NCBI GenBank assembly: GCA_043747615.1
Contig: JAYTOU010000007.1
Coordinates: 35,606 to 99,605, forward strand
Origin: Myxococcales bacterium
Lineage (GTDB): Bacteria > Myxococcota_A > Polyangia > Polyangiales > Polyangiaceae
Length of the DNA: 64,000 bases
Direction: 5' to 3'
Shown: piece after piece, positions 25,352 through 34,854 of the stretch
Position numbering within the stretch: position 1 is the first letter of the stretch
Layout of the letters: each line of letters starts with the position of its first letter
The notes under the pieces: generated by a model
What the model saw: the letters and a program-made list of their open reading frames with translations, nothing else
Told to the model about the DNA's origin: nothing
The model's database searches: none
Translations under genes and position numbers: made by a program

Positions 25352-28300
25352 TCAGTCGTCGGTCCCGCCGGGTGCCTCACCGAGCTCTTCGTCCGTTTTC
25401 GGTGTGGGCAGAAGCTCGCCGTTGGGGCCGTCGCGCCGAACGATGAACGTTTTCCTGCTGGAGGTGTCGGGGTTTTCTCGCGAGACGACGCTCACGATGT
25501 TGACGCCCGGACGAAGCGGCAAGTCGGCTTCGAACGCCATCTTCTTCGAATCGGCGCCGTTGCGATTCGAGCGGTAGAACACCTTGCGCGCGCCCACGAA
25601 AATGTACGCGTCGAGCAGACGCTCGCCGTCGCTGGCCGTGCCTTTGATGAGAGTGTGTCCGTCTCGCGTGGCAAGCACGGTCGGGCTCAGCTCGATGGCT
25701 GGCGGAGCGTGGGCCATCGAATCTTCGAAGGCCACGACTGCGATCGCGGCTCCACCGGGATCGAGCTCGCGCGTGCGGGCGAAGCCGAATCGGCCGCCCC
25801 CGAGAGCCACCTTCACATAGTCGGGCACCGTACCGATGACGGTTGCCGCCGTCCCCGCAGGAAGACGCCCGAAGACTCGAGCGCCCGCTTCGGGAGACTC
25901 GATGAGCTCCGCCCCCGAGGCCTTGGCGTGCATCGTTCCCGATCCCGAGGCGACCGTCGTCGACGCTGCGATCGGCATGCGAACTTTCTCGACCACCGAC
26001 TCGCGCAGATCATGATCGGAAATGGAAAGCTCCACCTTTGCTTCCGTGTCCGTCAGCTGGGGCTCTACGTCGAACGTGAAGGCCACCTTGCGCGTCTCTT
26101 GTGGCTGCATGTTCGAGACGTCGAAGCGACCCTCGTGCAGAAGGAGTCCGTCGCCGGAGAGGTTGCGCAAGTTGGCTTGCGTCTCGAACGAGCGGCCGCG
26201 GCCGACGTTGCGGACGGTGAGGTACATGGTGAGCCCCTCGTCCTTCTGGACGCGACCGTCGCCGTTGCCTTTGCGGTTGTCGACGATCTGATAGCTGTAG
26301 GCGAACATCGGCCGCTCCAGCGATTTCACCGACGCGCGGGCTTCGGCGTCTTGCGGCGCGCGGCCACGGGCCTCATCGAAGTGGAGCTTGATTCCGTCGG
26401 CACGGGTGAGTGCGTCGCGCGGCACCCGGCAAATGCGGGGCGCGTCTTTGGGGAGCGGCGCGGTGGAGCCGACCTTGTGGCCCTCCGTCTCGCACCAGCC
26501 GAGCGGGGAGGTCGCCGTGCGGCTCCTTCCGGGATCGAGCCTGCCGATGACCAGCTCTTTGTCGTTGAAGAATGGATTGTCGCTCTTGGTGATCGCGTAG
26601 AGCCTGAAGAGAGGAACGGTGCCCTTGTTGGTCATGGTGACCTTCAGATTCATGGGCTCGCCGGCGGTGACCTCATTCTGCGGACGGTCTGTCTCCACCT
26701 TCACCTCGAGGCCCGGCGGAGCGGACGGTGCGGTTGCCGCGACGACCTCGGCTGGTGCATCGCTCCAGTCGACGCCCATTCCTTTCAGCTCCGCGGCGAC
26801 CTTGGCGATCTCCGATGCGCGGGCATCGCTGATGACGCTCTTCGCCGCACGAACCTGATCGAGACGCTTTCCCGGCGGCGCCTTGGCCACGAAATCACGG
26901 CCGAAGCGAATCGGGAAATCCATGGTGAAGTTGTCGTCGGGATCGCCGCCGCGCTCGCGAAAATCTTGGCGCTCTTTGGTGGGAAGATCGTAGCGAAGGG
27001 TCTCGATCGGTCGCCCGCCTTCGTGAGCGCGCGCGTTCGACAGGCTGCGAGCGAGATCGCGTTCCTTGAGCGATCCGGTGTCGACGGTGAGGTCCATCTC
27101 CTGATTGTCGACGGTCATCGCATCGAGCTGGATGTCGGGCGTCACGCCCGTGCCCTGGATGGAGACGTCGCCTGGCTCGGTGAGGTATTGAGCGATGGTC
27201 AGCTTGAGGGCCGCTTTGTCGGGCAGATCATTGAAGACGAGCTGCACACTGCCTTTACCGAAGGTGGTGTCGCCGATGATGACCGCGCGATCGTGGTTCT
27301 TCATCGCTCCAGCCACGATCTCGCTCGCACTGGCCGACGAGCCGTTCACGAGGAGCGCGATCGGGTAGTTCGGTTCCGTTCCGTCGACGTGAGCGACCTT
27401 CTCTTCGCGCCCTTCGCTCGGGTTGCCAACCGTGGCCACGATGGGGCCGTCCGCAATGAACTTATCAGCGACCTTCGCCGCCTGATCGAGCAATCCCCCC
27501 GGATTTCCACGGAGATCGAGAACCAAACCTTTGAGCTCGCCGCCCTTCTTGAGGTCCAGGAGCGCGGCCTCCAGGTCCGTCATCGTGTTTGCCTGAAACT
27601 GCTTGAGACGGATGTAGCCGACGTTCCCCTCAAGCAAGCGGTGCTCGACGCTCTTCACCTTGATCGTCTCGCGGGTGAGCTCGAAGGGACGCGTTCCCTG
27701 CCAACCGTCTGCGCCGTCGCGGTGGATCTGGATGACGACTTTGGTGTTCGGCACGCCGCGGAGGTGATTCACCGCTTCGTTGAGGCCCATGTTGAGCGTG
27801 GACTCGTGATCGATCTTCACGATGCGGTCGTACTTGCGGATTCCCGCGCGGCCGGCGGGTGTTTCGGGCATGGGGTTGATGACGGTGAGCATCTGGTCGC
27901 GAATGGAAATGACGATGCCTAGCCCGCCGAACTGGCCGCTCGTGGAGAGGTTCATCTCCTTGTAGGCCTCGGGCGAGAGCAGGACGCTGTGCGGGTCGAG
28001 GGTGTGCAGCATGCCGTTGCACGCGGCGTATTCGACCTCACGCAGGTCGACCTCGGTGTTGCGGAGGCCGTCTTGCACGAACGCGAACACTTCGCGGAGG
28101 CGGGCGCTCACGTCCCAGGGGCCTTGCACGTTGTCGACGCGAAACTCGCGCTCTTGCGTGTCGACGCGAACCTTCACGGTGGGCGCGCCTTCGTCGTGAA
28201 GGACGATGACCTGGGCCACGTCTCGCTGCACGTAGTTGAGCGCAGACAGGAGCATCTCCTTTGGCTTCACGCGCTTCGGCTCGACGTAACGATCGCGCAC

Positions 28301-28507
28301 GGTCTTCAACACTTCGTTGACGACCTTCAGCTGCGTGAGATCGTAGGCCGCCTTTGTTTGCGCGGAGACCGCGGCGTTGTTGGCGGCGATGGCGGGCGTC
28401 AGCCCTTCCCACAGACCACCGCCGTGAAGGCGGAGCGCGAGGAAAGTGGCAATACCGAATCCGACGAGAAGTGAGCTGGCCTTCGTGAGGCGTTGGAGCG
28501 CTGACAT
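25352..28507 (-). CDS. S41 family carboxyl-terminal protease (PDZ) with long C-terminal Ig-like extensions
   Basis: LDPHS, FGGLGI, PDZ domain, DLRGNPGG, SASASEIV (catalytic Ser) and TFGKGSVQ (catalytic Lys); N-terminal TM/signal. Confidence 0.92.
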   Translation of the reverse strand: MSALQRLTKASSLLVGFGIATFLALRLHGGGLWEGLTPAIAANNAAVSAQTKAAYDLTQLKVVNEVLKTVRDRYVEPKRVKPKEMLLSALNYVQRDVAQVIVLHDEGAPTVKVRVDTQEREFRVDNVQGPWDVSARLREVFAFVQDGLRNTEVDLREVEYAACNGMLHTLDPHSVLLSPEAYKEMNLSTSGQFGGLGIVISIRDQMLTVINPMPETPAGRAGIRKYDRIVKIDHESTLNMGLNEAVNHLRGVPNTKVVIQIHRDGADGWQGTRPFELTRETIKVKSVEHRLLEGNVGYIRLKQFQANTMTDLEAALLDLKKGGELKGLVLDLRGNPGGLLDQAAKVADKFIADGPIVATVGNPSEGREEKVAHVDGTEPNYPIALLVNGSSASASEIVAGAMKNHDRAVIIGDTTFGKGSVQLVFNDLPDKAALKLTIAQYLTEPGDVSIQGTGVTPDIQLDAMTVDNQEMDLTVDTGSLKERDLARSLSNARAHEGGRPIETLRYDLPTKERQDFRERGGDPDDNFTMDFPIRFGRDFVAKAPPGKRLDQVRAAKSVISDARASEIAKVAAELKGMGVDWSDAPAEVVAATAPSAPPGLEVKVETDRPQNEVTAGEPMNLKVTMTNKGTVPLFRLYAITKSDNPFFNDKELVIGRLDPGRSRTATSPLGWCETEGHKVGSTAPLPKDAPRICRVPRDALTRADGIKLHFDEARGRAPQDAEARASVKSLERPMFAYSYQIVDNRKGNGDGRVQKDEGLTMYLTVRNVGRGRSFETQANLRNLSGDGLLLHEGRFDVSNMQPQETRKVAFTFDVEPQLTDTEAKVELSISDHDLRESVVEKVRMPIAASTTVASGSGTMHAKASGAELIESPEAGARVFGRLPAGTAATVIGTVPDYVKVALGGGRFGFARTRELDPGGAAIAVVAFEDSMAHAPPAIELSPTVLATRDGHTLIKGTASDGERLLDAYIFVGARKVFYRSNRNGADSKKMAFEADLPLRPGVNIVSVVSRENPDTSSRKTFIVRRDGPNGELLPTPKTDEELGEAPGGTDD

Positions 28508-28578
28508 GCGGTTTTCAGTATAGACACGAGCACGGGCGCTGGGGATGGGTCGCGGCGCATTTCAAGTGGATTACAATT

Positions 28579-29607
28579 TTAGCCACCGCCGTGCCCACCG
28601 CTGTAGCCGCCCCCGAAGCTCCCGCCGAAGCCACCGCCAGAGTGGCGACCGCGGCCGGAATAGCCGCCCGTGAAGGGAACTCCATGGAGGCCACCGAAGC
28701 CTCCGCGCGCACGGGTGTAGAACGCGGGATCGTTCAAAAGCGTCGTCCGACCGGAGATTCGAAGCGAATGGGCGGAATAAAACTCGGGCCACGCAGAAGG
28801 CGCCGCGAGACGATTCAACGCCGCGAGATCGACAATCTCGAGCTGAATTCCGCTGGCTTGGTAGAGCGCAAAGATCGCGTGCAGATCGTCTTCCTCGACG
28901 GCCACGTCGTCGAGGCTCGACACGACGTAGATCACGCGGCGAATTCCGCGTGCGTGAAGAACTGTGTCGTCCGGGAGATCGTTACCCTGCAGAAAATAGC
29001 GATTGTCGAAGACGTCTTCGTCGGGCTCATCGAAGCGGTAGGCCAAGCGCCACGCGTCGAGAAGAAAGACGGGGTGCGTCACCGACGCGTTCACCGGTAG
29101 ACGCGGCTGCATCGTCATGAGCGCGGCAAGCGCTTCTTCCGCGGGGATGAGCTCTTCCTCGGAAGGCCAGTTGTTGAACGTGAGCACGTTCGAGACGCTC
29201 TGATGCGCCTCTTGGCTCAGCGTCGCGCCGAAGGCCACGGAAGCCGCGCCGCGTAGATCGACGACCCACATGGCGTCGTCTGGGAGACCCACCCGCGCCA
29301 CTTGCATTGCCGCCGCCCGCGCGTCCTGCACGATCTGGAGCTGGTGGACCTCGGGGAGCTCGACGCCTTGAGGGAGCGAATCCACCGCGCTAATGAGGGT
29401 GAGCTTTGCGTAGCGCGCCCACGGGTCATCGGTCGGGAGTTGCCAGCGCGCCGCCACGACGTTCGACGGATCCGGATTTACCCCTGTCGTCGAGATCGGG
29501 ACCTCTTCCGCCCAATAGGCGACGCTTACCGACGGCGTCCACGGACGCGAGGCGCACGCGCTCGTGAGGGCGGCAAGCGAGGGGATTGCTAGGAAGCGGC
29601 GCCGCAT
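28579..29607 (-). CDS. Putative Tat-exported lipoprotein with a Gly/Arg-rich tail
   Basis: MRRRFLAIPSLAALTSAC twin-Arg motif plus lipobox; C-terminus RARGGFGG...GGGFGGSFGGGYSGGHGGG. Confidence 0.7.
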   Translation of the reverse strand: MRRRFLAIPSLAALTSACASRPWTPSVSVAYWAEEVPISTTGVNPDPSNVVAARWQLPTDDPWARYAKLTLISAVDSLPQGVELPEVHQLQIVQDARAAAMQVARVGLPDDAMWVVDLRGAASVAFGATLSQEAHQSVSNVLTFNNWPSEEELIPAEEALAALMTMQPRLPVNASVTHPVFLLDAWRLAYRFDEPDEDVFDNRYFLQGNDLPDDTVLHARGIRRVIYVVSSLDDVAVEEDDLHAIFALYQASGIQLEIVDLAALNRLAAPSAWPEFYSAHSLRISGRTTLLNDPAFYTRARGGFGGLHGVPFTGGYSGRGRHSGGGFGGSFGGGYSGGHGGG

Positions 29608-30866
29608 CACGCGGCCTCATCGTGAAAAACGGGTAGCACGAGCGCGTCGTGCGAAACGTGGCTGTCGCGCGTGAGGCGAGCGAAGTAGCCGACGAAGCTC
29701 CCATCGAGAACGTAGGCCCCGAGGGTCACGAGGCGAGGACCCCACGGTGTCTCGATGGCACGCTGACGGATGAAGCGCTGCGCGATCCATGTCTCGCCCT
29801 CGGCAACCCGGACGCGGACGTCGGCGAGGAGCCGTACCCAGTCGGCGTCGGCGATGAGCGACCCCACGAAGACTTCGTCTCCGACCCGCCCGAGTGCGCG
29901 CTTCACGACCCAATCGCTCCGTTCGATAGCGAGGCGCTCGGGCTCGATCTCTCCGACCTCGAACGTGGCGGGAACGTGCGCGGCGAGGAGCGCACGATCG
30001 GCTGGGAAAAGGCCGTCTTCAGAGGCCTTGCAGGCCCGAGCGAATGCGAGCTTCGACTGCATGAAGATCTGGGAGAAGCTCGAGATCGTCCGCAGCTTGC
30101 CGGCTTCTATGGCCTCGATGAGGCCGGGAACGTTGGCTTGGCCTTCCATGTATTCTGCAGGAAAATAGCGGTAGAGTGCACGTATCTCCGTGTCTCCGAT
30201 CATGACCTTGCCGTCTCGGTAGCGGGGTGCGGTGGGCGGAGCGAGGACGGCCTTGATCCCGCGTTCGTCGAGCGCGCGCTTAATGAGGGCACACACCTGG
30301 AGATCCTCTGCGTAGGCCGTGGCGAAGATGAGCCCAACGGATCCACGTGTGCCGTGGTCATCGGTGACCAACCCTTCGATTCGTGTGGCAAGGGCCCGCA
30401 TCAAGAGCGTCGGATTTCGCCCACGGGAAAAACCCGCGGCGCGCGCCAACCGCGGAAGCGCAAAGGCCTCGTTGTGACCGCCTGGGCAGTCGGCGTTGAT
30501 CTCGCACGCACGCCATCCGCCATCCTCGCCGAGGAGGAGATCGACGCGCACGAGGCCGGCATCGTCCTTCCGCGAGTGCGACGCCGCAGCCAGGCGAAGA
30601 ACGTCAGAGTGGAGCCCGTAGCGTGCCGCCTCTTCAGGATCGACGTGCGCTCGCGACGCCGCCGCGCCGACCATGCGCACCACGTTTTCGGCGGCAAAAA
30701 CAGCATCTTCGTGCAACTGGCGAGAGAGCACGAGGGGGTGGATGTCGACCCGACGCTCGCCGCCGACGAACGCGTCCCACACGAAATATTTCCGCGCGAG
30801 CTCGCCTTGCAGACCCGCCTCTGCGAGAGGGTCTTGCATCGCGAGACGCTCCACCCGCGCGCTCAC
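29607..30866 (-). CDS. Glutathionylspermidine-synthase-like ATP-grasp ligase
   Basis: RVDLL, EINADCPGG, LYRYFPAE, QSKL, VVKRALGRVG and IAQRF; no amidase domain. Confidence 0.85.
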   Translation of the reverse strand: MSARVERLAMQDPLAEAGLQGELARKYFVWDAFVGGERRVDIHPLVLSRQLHEDAVFAAENVVRMVGAAASRAHVDPEEAARYGLHSDVLRLAAASHSRKDDAGLVRVDLLLGEDGGWRACEINADCPGGHNEAFALPRLARAAGFSRGRNPTLLMRALATRIEGLVTDDHGTRGSVGLIFATAYAEDLQVCALIKRALDERGIKAVLAPPTAPRYRDGKVMIGDTEIRALYRYFPAEYMEGQANVPGLIEAIEAGKLRTISSFSQIFMQSKLAFARACKASEDGLFPADRALLAAHVPATFEVGEIEPERLAIERSDWVVKRALGRVGDEVFVGSLIADADWVRLLADVRVRVAEGETWIAQRFIRQRAIETPWGPRLVTLGAYVLDGSFVGYFARLTRDSHVSHDALVLPVFHDEAA

Positions 30867-31957
30867 GGAGTCCTTGAGCTGAGGGCGTCGAAGAGCGCCG
30901 GGTCCTCGCTGCCGAGACCGTAGAAGACGATACCGACGTCGAGCGGGAGTGTGGTTGCATCCCAGGCCGACAGCGCGCGCGCCGTTGATTCGGCGTCATC
31001 GAACCACACGGCATGGCTTCCCGTGTCATCGCGGTACGCGAACTGAAGCGCGCCGGTCGGGCCACGATCAATTGAGGCATGCTTCGAGTTGGCGACGGCG
31101 CTTGCTTCGAGGAAGCTCACGTCGCGTTGACCGTTGGGTCCGAAGTCGGTTCCATAGAGTGGGAAGGCCACGTCGAGCTTCGCTGCCGGCATGCGCGCGC
31201 GCGAGAAGCGCACGGCGTCGACCGCCCACCCGGGATCGATCGTCGGCCCGGGAATCTGATTGCAGCACGAGAAATCAAGGGTCATCACCCGGGCGTGGTC
31301 GATCAGCGGCGCGAGCGCACCAAGCTCGAAAGCGTCGCCTCCCACCACGTCGCTCGGTGTCTGGATCGACGGCGGGAGAAACATTCCGAGCTCTCGTCCC
31401 GGACGAATCGCGGCGCCGAGATCCTTGGTGAACGCGGTGACGAGTGCGCTCGCCGTGTTTGGCAGACGCTGCAGATCGAGCTCGAGCCCGTCGGCGACGT
31501 CGCTCGCCGTCTTCAAGTTCGCGATCACCGTCTTCGTCCAAACCGGGTCGGCGAGGTGGGCCGCGGTCTGACCTCCGTCGTATTTTCGACCCGTCTCGTC
31601 GGTGAAAGAGACGGCGAGCTTCACGCGGTACCCCTCGCCGTGGAGGACGCTCACGGTGGCCGCGAGGTTCGCAACGGCGCTCGGATCGCTCGGACCAACC
31701 TCGCCCGTAGCGCGCGGGACGAGGCAGAGAAAGATCACCTCGCTCACCAGGCGCTTGGTCGCCGAAGAAGCGAGGGCTCCGGTTTGCCAGGTGTCGAGCG
31801 CGCAACCATCTACGATCACTGCTCCGTGGCGGTGGGTCAGCGGACGCGTGCTCGTGAGCCCGACGTGATCGTGGTCACCGCTCGGGCCGCTGCACCCGAG
31901 GAGCGCCGTGCCTGCGCAAAGGGCAAGAAGGAGCAAGTTCATAGGCAACCTAATCAT
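30863..31957 (-). CDS. Glycoside hydrolase family 18-like lipoprotein with the catalytic Glu replaced by Gln
   Basis: LLGC lipobox; DGLELDLQ in place of DGxDxDxE; VMTLDF, FPLYG, VWFDDAES and YGLGSED. Confidence 0.8.
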   Translation of the reverse strand: MIRLPMNLLLLALCAGTALLGCSGPSGDHDHVGLTSTRPLTHRHGAVIVDGCALDTWQTGALASSATKRLVSEVIFLCLVPRATGEVGPSDPSAVANLAATVSVLHGEGYRVKLAVSFTDETGRKYDGGQTAAHLADPVWTKTVIANLKTASDVADGLELDLQRLPNTASALVTAFTKDLGAAIRPGRELGMFLPPSIQTPSDVVGGDAFELGALAPLIDHARVMTLDFSCCNQIPGPTIDPGWAVDAVRFSRARMPAAKLDVAFPLYGTDFGPNGQRDVSFLEASAVANSKHASIDRGPTGALQFAYRDDTGSHAVWFDDAESTARALSAWDATTLPLDVGIVFYGLGSEDPALFDALSSRTP

Positions 31958-32700
31958 GGACCCCACTCCCACTGCAGACCAATGGATCCGCCATTCAGGA
32001 AACTGACCTCGTAAAGATTCGGCGCGACGAAGAGGCATGCGCGGTTCGTGGGATCGACGCGGCGACACGCTTCTATGCTCATGCGAAGAGCGGGCGCGGA
32101 GCCCTTCACCTCCACCACTTTCCAGGAGGCGCCCCCGGCAATGGCGGCATTCATACCCACGAACGTGTAGGCCGCGCGGACCGTGCCGGCGAACGCCCAT
32201 CGACGTTCTTTGAAGCGCACACCGAAGCCTGGCAAGAGGAGATCGACGCGGTACGCCGTCCACGGGCGGAGCTCGACGAAGCTGCCGTCGACGCTGGTGA
32301 GGTTGCGCGCGCTCGGGCCCGCCGCGACGAACCCGCCGCCACCAGCCACCGGAAAAATCCACCGATCGGAGACGACGATGGAGGTGTCGAGGTGGCCCCC
32401 CAGAAAGCTGAGTGGCCCCGCCGAGCCGAGTTCTCCGTCGCGAAGCGTGCGAACGGGAGTTTCTACGACGCTTCCGAGGGAGAGCTTGGGTGTGGCGCGG
32501 ATCCAGCCGAGCTCTAGCCCCCCTTGGGCTTCGAGGACCATCGGCGGGGACTCTGCATTCGCCGACGGAGCGACGAGCAAGCCACCAAGCGCGAGTGCGA
32601 CCAAGTGCCGCACCGGGCGACGACGCTTCGGGACGCGACGCCCAAGCATGGGACCGGAACGCACCTGAAGGTGGGCCATCGAGTGGAGCTCGCCCGGCAT
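31954..32700 (-). CDS. Secreted protein, putative outer-membrane beta-barrel
   Basis: Signal peptide ending PSANA; alternating beta-strand pattern; C-terminal SIGLQWEWGP; start uncertain. Confidence 0.6.
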   Translation of the reverse strand: MPGELHSMAHLQVRSGPMLGRRVPKRRRPVRHLVALALGGLLVAPSANAESPPMVLEAQGGLELGWIRATPKLSLGSVVETPVRTLRDGELGSAGPLSFLGGHLDTSIVVSDRWIFPVAGGGGFVAAGPSARNLTSVDGSFVELRPWTAYRVDLLLPGFGVRFKERRWAFAGTVRAAYTFVGMNAAIAGGASWKVVEVKGSAPALRMSIEACRRVDPTNRACLFVAPNLYEVSFLNGGSIGLQWEWGP

Positions 32701-32767
32701 ACAAGGAGCGGTTGCAAGATCTCCACCGCTTGCGTTCGCGAGCGTCCGGCTGCCCGAGGCCGAGCTG

Positions 32768-33505
32768 CTAAAGGCGCCGAATCACCGCCACGTAGAAGCC
32801 TGCGAAGTAAGCCATTTTGGTGTTCGCAAGCCAACCTTCGATGCGACGAAGGGCGTGCCGGACTACGGGCAGCTGCATTGCCGCGGCGACTGGGGTTACG
32901 ATTCGGATGCCGGACGCTCCTTCGAGCTTGGTGCCGGGCGGCAGAATGCGCGGGATCACCCACGGTGGATCGAAGCGCGTGTAGACGGCGCTCTCCCGCG
33001 TCTCGTCGGCGATCTTTCCGGCGGGGCCCAAGCGCTTGGCGAGGCCGCGCAAGCTGAGCGGATTGTAAAACTCGGCGAGGACGACGCCTCCTCTTCGCGT
33101 GACACGCACCATCTCGGCGAGAGCGCGGCCGATCTCTGGAACGTGCGCGAGCACCTTGTAGCTGCAGGTCACGTCGAACTGCTCGTCGGCAAAGGGAAGG
33201 TTGGTGACGCTCCCCTCGCGAACATCGAGACCGCGCTCGCGGGCGCGGGCCAGCATCCCGGGCGAGAGATCGATTCCCTGCGCGGAGCGGGCAAACGTTG
33301 CCATTCTTTGCAAAAGAAGGCCGGTGCCGCAGCCGCACTCGAGGATGTCTTTGCCGAGGCCATAGCGACGGGTGAGATCGATTTCCAGATCATCGATGAG
33401 CGCGTGGTAGCCGTCGGGGCGGTTCGGGCTCCGGTGGATCTCGTAGTCTCGCGCAAACTCGTCGTAGTACGCGCGCGTGTGGTTGGGATCACTGCTCAAG
33501 GGCAT
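32768..33505 (-). CDS. Class I SAM-dependent methyltransferase
   Basis: ILECGCGTG, GIDLSPGML and LPFADEQFD. Confidence 0.9.
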   Translation of the reverse strand: MPLSSDPNHTRAYYDEFARDYEIHRSPNRPDGYHALIDDLEIDLTRRYGLGKDILECGCGTGLLLQRMATFARSAQGIDLSPGMLARARERGLDVREGSVTNLPFADEQFDVTCSYKVLAHVPEIGRALAEMVRVTRRGGVVLAEFYNPLSLRGLAKRLGPAGKIADETRESAVYTRFDPPWVIPRILPPGTKLEGASGIRIVTPVAAAMQLPVVRHALRRIEGWLANTKMAYFAGFYVAVIRRL

Positions 33506-34755
33506 GCTCGTCGCTCCAGCCAACTCCCACCCGCATCGGTGTAGTAGATCCAGACGCCCCCTTCGCGATCGAGCTCGATCGCGACGAAGACGACGGACCC
33601 GGTGGTATTTACCAGACCGAGCGGCGAGAAGCTCCCTTCGCCGTCGAGGCGACCGAGCTCGAGCACGCGGAGGGACCCTGGCTCCGCCGCGAGCGGGCGA
33701 ACGCGTGCAACATACATGGATGACCCGCCGTGCGTCGCGGCGATGGGAGCCGCGTCGATGCCGTTCGGATACGCAGAGAAGCGGGTCGGTGCATCCATCT
33801 TCGGAGGACTGTCGATCCTGGCGGAAACAAGCCCAAATCCGTGCTCGGTGGTGGTGGGCATGAGCGCGAACGTGGCCCCCGCTGCCGAGGTCGCGAGGGC
33901 GACCGAGACTTGACGGTCGGCTCCGCCTGCGATGAAGACGACCGCGTCGGGTCCCACCGCGAGACGCCCGCGAAAGCTGAGGGTCCGCGCGTGGACCGGG
34001 CTCATCGCCCTTCGCGCATCGACGAGGAGCGCGACTACCTCCGCGCCACGCTCGGCGAAGGCGAGCTCGGTCGCGCCGTTCCCGTCCTCCGAGATCCGCA
34101 CCGGGGGGTTGTCGTCGACCTTCACGAAGGCTTCGGAGAGACGCCCCTCGGTGGTCGCGCGCGCGGCGAGGAAGCCTAGGAGGGTGTGTCCAGCGAGAGT
34201 CGCCGCCACGATGTGTGCTCCGAGATCGGCGCGTCCGATCACTTCATCGGATGCTTGGGCTCGAAGTGCGCGATGGAGATCTCCCCTCGCGTCGGCGCAA
34301 AATGCGAAGGGCCCAGTGGATGCGCAGACCGGCTTCGAGGCCGAGAGCGGCGGCGCGTCCAGCGTGCGACCGGGCTTCCATTTCGCCGTTTTCAGAGGCT
34401 CGGCCGAGAAAGACCCCACGCTGATCAAGCCATTTTTATGGGTGATCACGTCCATTCCAGCAGCGGTGGCCACGAGCGACGCGGGACCGGTGAACGGCTG
34501 CTGTACGCGTCCGAGAACCAGTCGGCAGGCGTTCGCACCTCCATCGAGCATCGCGTCGAGCACGACGGACGCCGAGCTCGCGGCATCATCTCTGCGGGTC
34601 GTTCCCACGGTCGGATCCGGCGCTGTCACTGACGGAGCCGCGACTGTGATCACTGCGGCATCCGACGGGGCAAGCCGCGGTGAATCCTTACACGAAGAAA
34701 GGAGAGTGACCGCCAGGGCCGGGAAGAGTGCGCGAATGTTCACGAGCTCGCGCAT
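33496..34755 (-). CDS. Putative lipoprotein of unknown function
   Basis: LAVTLLSSC lipobox; beta-rich body; start uncertain. Confidence 0.65.
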   Translation of the reverse strand: MRELVNIRALFPALAVTLLSSCKDSPRLAPSDAAVITVAAPSVTAPDPTVGTTRRDDAASSASVVLDAMLDGGANACRLVLGRVQQPFTGPASLVATAAGMDVITHKNGLISVGSFSAEPLKTAKWKPGRTLDAPPLSASKPVCASTGPFAFCADARGDLHRALRAQASDEVIGRADLGAHIVAATLAGHTLLGFLAARATTEGRLSEAFVKVDDNPPVRISEDGNGATELAFAERGAEVVALLVDARRAMSPVHARTLSFRGRLAVGPDAVVFIAGGADRQVSVALATSAAGATFALMPTTTEHGFGLVSARIDSPPKMDAPTRFSAYPNGIDAAPIAATHGGSSMYVARVRPLAAEPGSLRVLELGRLDGEGSFSPLGLVNTTGSVVFVAIELDREGGVWIYYTDAGGSWLERRACP

Positions 34756-34854
34756 CTTCTCAGATCTCCGGCGCGCCTCCAACGCGTGTCGCCCAGGCAA
34801 GCGGGTCAACGGGGCCGCGAGAGCGACACTGATCGCGAAGGGCGCGCTCGGATT

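Noticed and set aside
25334..27922. 862-aa + strand ORF, and similar long antisense ORFs over infB, nusA and the OmpA gene
   Set aside because: Stop-poor antisense frames are typical of high-GC coding DNA; no motifs, and each fully overlaps a well-supported gene
28590..28710. GCC/CCG-rich repeat-like tract
   Set aside because: It encodes the Gly-rich protein tail and is not a DNA repeat array
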